Made by a program: the position numbers and the translations under genes. Below, in pieces: positions 1 through 4,143 of a stretch of DNA of 4,143 nt (positions are counted from its first letter, which is position 1; the number at the start of each line of letters is the position of its first letter). Below the pieces are notes generated by a model that had not been told where the DNA came from, made no database searches, and saw nothing but the letters and a program-made list of their open reading frames with translations. The stretch lies in IMG/VR virus record IMGVR_UViG_2548877009_000015, one strand, 5' to 3'. This stretch comes from a virus (Duplodnaviria > Heunggongvirae > Uroviricota > Caudoviricetes).

Positions 1-84
1 ATCACTACCCGCAAAAATAATGACTTCTGTTTCTTTGTGTTTTATGCCGCGTGACTGCTGTTTTACGTTCGGTGCCAGTTTCAT
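1..84 (-). CDS. Hypothetical protein G, 5' partial (first 28 codons); continues beyond the window start
   Basis: ATG at 82-84 overlaps the stop of F and is preceded by AGGGG with a 6-nt spacer. My own translation is MKLAPNVKQQSRGIKHKETEVIIFAGSD with no stop before position 1. Not in the supplied ORF track. Confidence 0.4.
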   Translation of the reverse strand, partial: MKLAPNVKQQSRGIKHKETEVIIFAGSD

Positions 85-380
85 TTTTTACCCCTGAATC
101 CGTTAATCATTGTTTTCAGCTTCTGGATGTTTGCCCGTGCTCTGGCGTTGCTGGTGGGCACGTTATGCGGCGCGGTCTGTACCAGAGAAAAATCACGCCG
201 GAACTGATAAACAGGCATCACGCAATCATATTCGTAACCTTCACGGCGGTAAGTTACGCACCGTCCCGCCACGCCCTTAATCATTACCGTACCGCCGTAC
301 TGGTCGCGGTAAATATCACCGCGCGTAAATTTAGGGTGAGTGTTGCCACTGGCAGTTAAGCCAGAATATTTAAGCTTCAT
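81..380 (-). CDS. Hypothetical small protein F, 99 aa
   Basis: ATG at 378-380 with GGAG about 10 nt upstream (inside the last codons of E). TGA stop overlaps the ATG of the next ORF (ATGA at 81-84). Gly/Tyr/Arg-rich, beta-like sequence KFTRGDIYRDQYGGTVMIKGVAGRCVTYRREGYEY. Confidence 0.55.
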   Translation of the reverse strand: MKLKYSGLTASGNTHPKFTRGDIYRDQYGGTVMIKGVAGRCVTYRREGYEYDCVMPVYQFRRDFSLVQTAPHNVPTSNARARANIQKLKTMINGFRGKK

Positions 381-385
381 TATTT

Positions 386-619
386 TTATTCTCCGGTGTG
401 GGGCGCTTTATACTGGTCGTGTAATGTCTCTATTTCCTGCAACTCATTTATTACAGGCTCAAGAAGCGTTATTAATGCCGTGGCAATTCTTGATTTTTGT
501 TTGTCGCGTTCATTGTCGCCAAGTGTTTCAAGCCATATGCGCAATATTTCCATCATATTTTCACTGTGAGAAAGTGCAAGAAATACGCGATCTGTTGTTT
601 CGTGGTAAATATCACGCAT
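386..619 (-). CDS. Hypothetical small protein E, 77 aa
   Basis: ATG at 617-619, 1 nt after the stop of D, with GGGGA upstream. Helical-looking sequence. No family recognised. Confidence 0.55.
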   Translation of the reverse strand: MRDIYHETTDRVFLALSHSENMMEILRIWLETLGDNERDKQKSRIATALITLLEPVINELQEIETLHDQYKAPHTGE

Positions 620-620
620 A

Positions 621-842
621 TTAATCCCCGTCCGTCGCTTTTCTTAAAATAACCTCTGTCACGAAATCAGCATAGTTAGCGGCAATATCAAGAATATTTA
701 GCCCTGTATCTCTGTGCTCATCAGTGCAAAGAAAGAAAAAAGCCACCCGCATAATTTCAGATATTGACGAAAGCGCATCAGCCGCATCATCAGGAACGCC
801 GGAAAATTCCTGTTTCAGGGAATTAAAACGATCATCACGCAT
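621..842 (-). CDS. Hypothetical small protein D, 73 aa
   Basis: ATG at 840-842 directly downstream of the G-run, which can act as a Shine-Dalgarno. TAA stop is separated by 1 nt from the start of E (TAATATG). Confidence 0.5.
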   Translation of the reverse strand: MRDDRFNSLKQEFSGVPDDAADALSSISEIMRVAFFFLCTDEHRDTGLNILDIAANYADFVTEVILRKATDGD

Positions 843-1075
843 AACCCCCCCCCATTTTCACAATCAGCAATCAGGATGGCTTTGGCCTCATTCAGCGCCA
901 TATCAGCACTAAGTTGCATAACCGCCAGCGAATGAGGAACGAAAGCCCCTGCATATTCTGTTTCACTGGTGGCGTGCTTATGCGCCCTGTCAGCAATAAC
1001 AGAAATATCAATAAGCGCGAGCATCAGCGTAGTGAGCGCGGCGGCGGTTGCGTCCGGACGGATGTTATTGCACAT
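815..1075 (-). CDS. Hypothetical small protein C, 86 aa from the internal ATG (track ORF starts at 1132)
   Basis: ATG at 1073-1075 preceded by GGAGGGG with a 6-nt spacer; overlaps the end of B by 11 nt. Contains a hydrophobic stretch AAALTTLMLALIDISVIA. Its C-terminal Gly-Gly-Gly is encoded by the G9 tract. Confidence 0.5.
   Translation of the reverse strand: MCNNIRPDATAAALTTLMLALIDISVIADRAHKHATSETEYAGAFVPHSLAVMQLSADMALNEAKAILIADCENGGGLCVMIVLIP
845..853. repeat. Homopolymer C9 (G9 on the coding strand) at the C/D junction
   Basis: Nine consecutive C at 845-853. On the minus strand it reads GGGGGGGGG-TT-ATG, directly upstream of the start of D and inside the 3' end of C. Confidence 0.9.
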
Positions 1076-1298
1076 GGTGTACCCCTCCGCATTTTTTTTC
1101 GTTAGAAATAAGCGTTCTTCTTTCCTGTTCATCGCTCAGGAATACGCAGACCTCACCGCTAAGGCGTTTAAGTAAGCCGATGATTGCCCCTGATTCGCTG
1201 TCGGTCATCATGCCAGGGTAATCCTCTGCCAGTGCGCAAATAACTTCGATTTGGTGGGCGCGTTCTGCTGCCTGTTGTAGTGTGATTTCCTGGCTCAT
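1065..1298 (-). CDS. Hypothetical small protein B, 77 aa, from the ATG-initiated start (track ORF extends to a TTG at 1355)
   Basis: ATG at 1296-1298 overlaps the stop of A (ATGA) and is preceded by GGAGG with a 7-nt spacer. Acidic, helical-looking MSQEITLQQAAERAHQIEVICALAEDYPG... Confidence 0.55.
   Translation of the reverse strand: MSQEITLQQAAERAHQIEVICALAEDYPGMMTDSESGAIIGLLKRLSGEVCVFLSDEQERRTLISNEKKCGGVHHVQ
1092..1099. repeat. Homopolymer T8 (A8 on the coding strand) at the B/C junction
   Basis: Encodes Lys-Lys (GAA AAA AAA) near the C-terminus of B, immediately upstream of the Shine-Dalgarno of C. Confidence 0.9.
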
Positions 1299-1489
1299 AA
1301 GCCTACCTCCTGACGAATACGGGCGGCAAATACAGCAACACAACCGGACGGGCAACGGTTACGCGCTTCGCGTTCCGTCCAGGCGGTTACGTGGATGATT
1401 TGAGATTCTCCGGCACTCAGTGCCAGAAAACGCCACACAAAGGCCGTTTGTGTGTGTACAAGGTGTGGTATATGATTTACAGCAACCAT
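1295..1489 (-). CDS. Hypothetical small protein A, 64 aa; first gene of the leftward operon
   Basis: ATG at 1487-1489 preceded on the minus strand by AGGAG with a 5-nt spacer. TGA stop overlaps the start of the next ORF (ATGA). His/Cys pattern HIPHLVH...CPSGC. No family recognised. Confidence 0.55.
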   Translation of the reverse strand: MVAVNHIPHLVHTQTAFVWRFLALSAGESQIIHVTAWTEREARNRCPSGCVAVFAARIRQEVGL

Positions 1490-1518
1490 AACGGCTCCTA
1501 GTTTACGTTGTTGGTTAG

Positions 1519-1551
1519 AAGCCCGGTTAGTGTTCGCGCACAGCCGGGCTT
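1519..1551. other. GC-rich inverted repeat / stem-loop in the leader of the leftward operon
   Basis: AAGCCCGG (1519-1526) and CCGGGCTT (1544-1551) form an 8-bp stem with a 17-nt loop. On the plus strand it is followed by GC and T6 (1555-1560), which is terminator-like. Confidence 0.4.
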
Positions 1552-1576
1552 TGCTTTTTTAAGTGCCCTTGTGTTA

Positions 1577-1588
1577 AGGTGTACACCT
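1577..1588. promoter_or_regulatory. Operator-like site 1, perfect 12-bp palindrome AGGTGTACACCT in the divergent promoter region
   Basis: Perfect inverted symmetry read directly from the sequence; lies between the divergent starts at 1489 (minus) and 1622 (plus). Confidence 0.5.
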
Positions 1589-1611
1589 ATCGAGTAAAAA
1601 CATAACGCAAT

Positions 1612-1623
1612 AGGTGTACACAT
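1612..1623. promoter_or_regulatory. Operator-like site 2 (AGGTGTACACAT, GTGTACAC palindromic core) overlapping the regulator start codon
   Basis: Shares ATAGGTGTACAC with the reverse complement of site 1; centres are 35 bp apart; the 3' end overlaps the ATG at 1622-1624. Confidence 0.5.
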
Positions 1624-1816
1624 GTCAACGGTTATTAAGCGTGATAAAAAACCAAAGGGAACAGGTAAAGCCCCCCCGTTCCATATGCGAATATCTCCAG
1701 AACTGAAAGAACAGTTTGATAACGAGGCTAGCAATGATGGAGTAAGCCTAGCCAACTGGCTTAAAGAGTTGGGGCGCACTGAACTAAAGCGGCGCGGCAT
1801 AGAACCCAAAGGATAA
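1622..1816 (+). CDS. Ribbon-helix-helix (Arc/MetJ-like) DNA-binding protein, 64 aa; putative repressor of the divergent promoters
   Basis: Basic N-terminal tail KRDKKPKGTGKAPP, then FHMRISPELKEQFDNEASNDGVSLANWLKEL, which fits the beta-strand / helix / Gly-turn / helix pattern of Arc-like proteins. Two palindromic sites lie immediately upstream. AGG 7 nt before the ATG; TAA stop at 1814-1816. Confidence 0.65.
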   Translation: MSTVIKRDKKPKGTGKAPPFHMRISPELKEQFDNEASNDGVSLANWLKELGRTELKRRGIEPKG

Positions 1817-1873
1817 AAACCATCAGCGCCGTGGTGTGAGGTACTCCGGCGCATTGCTTTACCGGTACACACA

Positions 1874-2077
1874 ATGACCAACAAAGAATCAACCAATACA
1901 CCATCGCAAAAAACGAACAGAGAGCACGAAAATATGGCGCTCGAGCATGAATCAGCAAGATTCGCACCATGCGCTTTTGTCCTTGATGAGTTTCTAAAAA
2001 AATATTCACGTTCTGAACGGATGAAAATGGCAGCACAATACGGCCCCAACAAGCAAGATAATTGCCCACCAGCCTGA
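1874..2077 (+). CDS. Hypothetical small protein, 67 aa (or 47 aa from the internal ATG at 1934)
   Basis: ORF between the regulator gene and the plus-strand terminator with hydrophilic K/E-rich composition. No clear Shine-Dalgarno at either start. Could instead be a non-coding 3' region. Confidence 0.3.
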   Translation: MTNKESTNTPSQKTNREHENMALEHESARFAPCAFVLDEFLKKYSRSERMKMAAQYGPNKQDNCPPA

Positions 2078-2144
2078 TCGCGGTTATCATGCCCGGGCTT
2101 ATGATTGTTGACACATACGGCGCAGCGGGTTAATTGTTCAGAAA

Positions 2145-2173
2145 GGTGGCTCCATTTCGGGGCCGCTTTTTTT
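2145..2173 (+). terminator. Rho-independent terminator closing the plus-strand regulator transcript
   Basis: Stem 2146-2153 GTGGCTCC pairs with 2159-2166 GGGGCCGC (two G-U wobbles), loop ATTTC, then T7 at 2167-2173. On the minus strand the wobble pairs become mismatches and no U-run follows, so it is essentially unidirectional. Confidence 0.55.
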
Positions 2174-2198
2174 ATGTTCATCATTTGCCCTATATATG

Positions 2199-2405
2199 TT
2201 AAGCGGTCGTTCCGCGCGCTTCTTGTTCGCGTTCTTTCATCCATGCGATTACGTCTTCCTCATACCATCCGCGACGGCGCAAACCGACACGAAAACCCTG
2301 CGGGAATTCTCCGGCGTTGATCATGCTTTGCAGCGTGCTGTCTGCCTTAATGTGGATAAGTTTTTTTACTTCCTGGCGAAAGATGACTTTTTTGATTGCT
2401 TCCAT
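2199..2405 (-). CDS. alpA: AlpA-family winged-helix transcriptional regulator / excisionase-like protein, 68 aa
   Basis: Translation ...FRQEVKKLIHIKADSTLQSMINAGEFPQGFRVGLRRRGWYEEDVIAWM fits the AlpA/Vis/TorI pattern (R..EV..L....ST......G.FP......G.R..W.e.dv.aW). ATG at 2403-2405 preceded by GAGG with a 9-nt spacer. Same orientation as int. Confidence 0.8.
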   Translation of the reverse strand: MEAIKKVIFRQEVKKLIHIKADSTLQSMINAGEFPQGFRVGLRRRGWYEEDVIAWMKEREQEARGTTA

Positions 2406-2420
2406 CGTGATTTACCTCAT

Positions 2421-2512
2421 TAATCCGGTGTATTCCGGTGAGAAATACGGTAAATCATCGGATGCAGGGAAAAACAGTACTCACCGTTTTTAAACGGTAT
2501 ACACCGTTTTTT
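2421..2512 (-). promoter_or_regulatory. Promoter/operator region of the AlpA-family gene with a repeated CGGT(G/A) motif array
   Basis: Tandem 10-mers TAATCCGGTG (2421-2430) and TATTCCGGTG (2431-2440); ACGGT at 2447-2451 and 2494-2498; inverted copies CACCG at 2482-2486 and 2502-2506; hairpin-like ACCGTTT-TT-AAACGGT at 2483-2498. Lies between the int-operon terminator and the alpA ribosome-binding site. Confidence 0.45.
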
Positions 2513-2536
2513 ATATTGATGATTTGAAAGGGATTT

Positions 2537-2564
2537 ATAAAAAAAGCGGCATTTCTGCCGCTTT
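2537..2564 (-). terminator. Rho-independent terminator for the int transcript
   Basis: Minus-strand RNA reads GAAAGCGGCA-GAAA-UGCCGCUUUUUUUAU: 6-bp GC stem (2546-2551 / 2556-2561) extendable by A-U pairs, GAAA tetraloop, then U7 (plus-strand A-run 2539-2545). Confidence 0.7.
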
Positions 2565-2572
2565 CAGGATTG

Positions 2573-2803
2573 TTACCGCCATTTTTTTGGCCTGCCTCCG
2601 GTCTTCATGGATGCCGGACGTACAACCTTATCAATACTTACAGCCAGATTTCTGGAAGCCCCACGGGATACCAGGAAATCTACTACCTGTTTTTTTGATG
2701 GGGCCGTCGTTCTGTCCTCCGGATCGTAGGTTGACCAAAATTCATGCTGAACCATCAGGGCCAGTTGCAGCCCGTCGCAATTGCATCTGAAATTTGTTTG
2801 CAT
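2573..2803 (-). CDS. Hypothetical small protein, about 76 aa from the first ATG (track ORF extends to a TTG at 2824)
   Basis: ORF between the int stop and the terminator; its stop (2573-2575) lies 11 nt upstream of the terminator stem. No convincing Shine-Dalgarno before the ATG at 2801-2803, and no recognisable family. Confidence 0.3.
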   Translation of the reverse strand: MQTNFRCNCDGLQLALMVQHEFWSTYDPEDRTTAPSKKQVVDFLVSRGASRNLAVSIDKVVRPASMKTGGRPKKWR

Positions 2804-2858
2804 CTTAACAGTTTCATTTTTCAAGGCCTCGTCGTTAAATGTGATGCAATTATACGAC

Positions 2859-2893
2859 GGTTTTAAATGGTTTTCGTAGTTTTTACTGGTTTT
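2859..2893. other. Helically phased T-tracts (putative intrinsically bent DNA) just downstream of the int stop
   Basis: GGTTTT at 2859-2864 and 2869-2874, GTTTTT at 2879-2884, GGTTTT at 2888-2893; T-tract spacing about 10 bp. Confidence 0.4.
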
Positions 2894-2901
2894 CTGTACA
2901 G

Positions 2902-4143
2902 CTAAACGGCTCGGATACCCCTTTTACCACTGGCGAGGGTTACGCCCGTCGCCGCAGCCTCGACAAATTCGCCCCACCAGCGCATAAGCACGATGCGTTT
3001 TTCTATGTAGTTGCTCCGGTTGTATGCCCGTCTGACTTCGTTGGTGTCGACGTGGGCAAGTGCGGCCTCTATTACGTCTGGCTCAAAGCCTTCTTCGTTC
3101 GCTGCTGTGCTGAATATGGCGCGTAATCCATGAGACACCAGCACGCCAGCGAATCCCATGCGTCGTAATGCTGCGTTAGCGGTCTGGCTGTTCATCGGCT
3201 GCTGTGGGTCTTTCAGACTCGGGAAAACATAATCGCGGTGGTGGCTGATTGGTTTCATAGCCTCCAGCACTGCCATAGCCTGGTCACAAAGCGGGATAAC
3301 GTGGTCGCGGCGCATCTTCATGCGTCCGGCGGGTATGGTCCAGCGTTGCGCTTCCATGTCGATTTCTTCCCAGCGTGCCGACGATGCTTCAACGGGACGG
3401 GTTACGGTCAGTAACTGCCATTCAATCAGTAATCTGGTCTGCCGTTCTGTTGCCGATACTGATAAAGCCTGCATAAGCTCCGGCAGCTGTTCGGGGCGGA
3501 TTGTTGGCATATGTTTTTTTACAGGGGAGGGGAACGCCTTACGCACATTCATAGCCGGATTGGCATCAATCATCCCACTATTGGCGGCGTAATCCATTAC
3601 CTCATTTATACGCTGTAAAACTCGCTTGAGCGTTTCCAGGTTGCCACGTTCCTTGATGGGGGTAAGCACCTCAACGAACCTGCGAGCGGTCAGGGTGTCT
3701 ATTGGCGTGTTGCCGATGAACGGGAATACATATTTTTCCAGCGATCGCCAGATGTCTTTAATCGTATTGGGGGCCAGATTCTGGCTGATTTTCACCTGGT
3801 ACCATGCTGTTGCCACATTTTCGAACGTGTTCCCTTGTCTTCGGGCCTCTGTCTCTCTTTTTTGCCTCTCGTGGTCCTGCGGGTCAGTTCCGGCACGAAT
3901 TAACGCCCTGTACTCGCTACGGCGTTTTCTGGCATCAGCCAGGGAAACATCATCAAGCGATCCAAAACTCAGCAATATTCTTTTTTTGTCCGATGGTCGG
4001 TAGTAGGAAAATCTCCAGAGTTTTGATCCGGACGGTTTGATCAGGAGAAAAAGCCCTCCGCCGTCCTGTAGGGTGTATTCCTTTTCTGCTGGTCTGGCTG
4101 CTTTGATCTGTACTGTGGTTAATGGGGGTGTTTTTCTCGCCAT
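2902..4143 (-). CDS. int: Tyrosine recombinase, P4-family phage integrase, 413 aa
   Basis: 413-aa ORF starting MARKTPPLTTVQIKAARP. N-terminal arm-binding-type region (DGGGLFLLIKPSGSKLWRFSYY...SLADARKRR). C-terminal catalytic signature with Arg in TRPVEASSARWEEID, HGLR (HxxR box) and LAHVDTNEVRRAYNRSNYIEKR with the catalytic Tyr, then MRWWGEF. ATG at 4141-4143 (cat on plus), TAG stop at 2902-2904. Confidence 0.95.
   Translation of the reverse strand: MARKTPPLTTVQIKAARPAEKEYTLQDGGGLFLLIKPSGSKLWRFSYYRPSDKKRILLSFGSLDDVSLADARKRRSEYRALIRAGTDPQDHERQKRETEARRQGNTFENVATAWYQVKISQNLAPNTIKDIWRSLEKYVFPFIGNTPIDTLTARRFVEVLTPIKERGNLETLKRVLQRINEVMDYAANSGMIDANPAMNVRKAFPSPVKKHMPTIRPEQLPELMQALSVSATERQTRLLIEWQLLTVTRPVEASSARWEEIDMEAQRWTIPAGRMKMRRDHVIPLCDQAMAVLEAMKPISHHRDYVFPSLKDPQQPMNSQTANAALRRMGFAGVLVSHGLRAIFSTAANEEGFEPDVIEAALAHVDTNEVRRAYNRSNYIEKRIVLMRWWGEFVEAAATGVTLASGKRGIRAV

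Larger units (their letters stand above)
1..4143 (-). mobile_element. Partial integrative element (P4-like satellite / PICI / CP4-57-like island), integrase-proximal end; boundaries outside the window
   Basis: P4-family integrase and AlpA-family gene in the same orientation, followed by a repressor-like gene with operators and an operon of small ORFs. No att site or tRNA is visible in the window. Confidence 0.6.

Noticed and set aside
51-359. 102-aa plus-strand ORF, together with the other plus-strand ORFs at 340..624, 724..912, 914..1105 and 969..1175
   Set aside because: All are antisense to the tightly coupled minus-strand operon, which has strong ribosome-binding sites and overlapping stop/start signals; the plus-strand ORFs lack such signals and cut across those gene junctions.
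1065-1355. Long forms of ORF B (start 1355) and ORF C (start 1132)
   Set aside because: The 1355 start is a TTG with no ribosome-binding site, and the 1132 start has a weak one. In-frame ATGs at 1298 and 1075 have strong Shine-Dalgarno sequences and give ATGA or short overlaps with the upstream gene. The long C form is kept as a possibility only under the frameshift-fusion finding.
1761-2114. 117-aa hydrophobic ORF on the minus strand (GTG start)
   Set aside because: No ribosome-binding site at either the GTG or the first ATG. Its hydrophobicity is what the antisense of a Lys/Glu-rich plus-strand ORF produces, and it overlaps the plus-strand ORFs and terminator.
1498-2244. 248-aa ORF on the minus strand, the longest ORF outside the integrase
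   Set aside because: Its translation is Ser/Arg/Cys/Leu-rich and low-complexity. It runs through the plus-strand terminator hairpin, both operator palindromes and the divergent promoter, overlaps the 3' end of alpA, and is antisense to the well-formed RHH gene. It is most likely a shadow ORF, although its length is unusual and a ribosome-profiling check would be reasonable.
2105-2423. Plus-strand ORFs 2105..2320 and 2196..2423 overlapping alpA
   Set aside because: They are antisense to the AlpA-family gene, which has a clear family pattern and ribosome-binding site, and they begin inside or across the plus-strand terminator.
2537-2564. Reading the 2537-2564 hairpin as a bidirectional terminator that also serves a plus-strand gene
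   Set aside because: On the plus strand the hairpin is followed only by TTTC, and no credible plus-strand gene ends here. The minus-strand version has a GAAA tetraloop and U7 and sits 11 nt after a minus-strand stop.
2524-2790. 88-aa plus-strand ORF (TTG start) between alpA and int
   Set aside because: Alternative start codon, no ribosome-binding site, and it reads straight through the minus-strand terminator hairpin.
3320-4040. Plus-strand ORFs 3320..3592, 3626..4003 and 3804..4040 inside the integrase gene
   Set aside because: They lie entirely within and antisense to the integrase coding region, whose catalytic motifs are intact. Typical shadow ORFs.
1-4143. CRISPR array, tRNA or tmRNA gene, IS element or terminal inverted repeats
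   Set aside because: No regularly spaced direct repeats with spacers, no cloverleaf-capable tRNA-like segment, and no transposase-like ORF were seen. The att site expected for this integrase is presumably beyond position 4143.

Overview
This window looks like the integrase-proximal end of an integrative mobile element of the enterobacterial P4-like satellite / PICI / CP4-57 type. All calls rest on reading the sequence and ORF translations by eye; no homology search was run. Right third: a 413-aa P4-family tyrosine integrase (2902..4143, minus) whose start codon is the last base of the window, so its promoter and the att site lie outside. Downstream of it are phased T-tracts, a doubtful small ORF and a canonical intrinsic terminator, then an AlpA-family winged-helix gene (2199..2405, minus) preceded by an array of CGGT(G/A) repeats. 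Middle: a plus-strand 64-aa ribbon-helix-helix (Arc/MetJ-like) regulator (1622..1816) whose start codon sits inside the second of two GTGTACAC-core palindromes, followed by a doubtful 67-aa ORF and a plus-strand terminator. Left 1.5 kb: a minus-strand operon of at least seven small ORFs (64-99 aa), tightly translationally coupled and running out of the window at position 1. I cannot assign any of these to a known family, so they are the candidate undescribed system. Homopolymer tracts (G9 at 845-853, A8 at 1092-1099) sit exactly at two gene junctions and could fuse neighbouring ORFs after a 1-nt change. No tRNA, rRNA, CRISPR array or IS element was seen.
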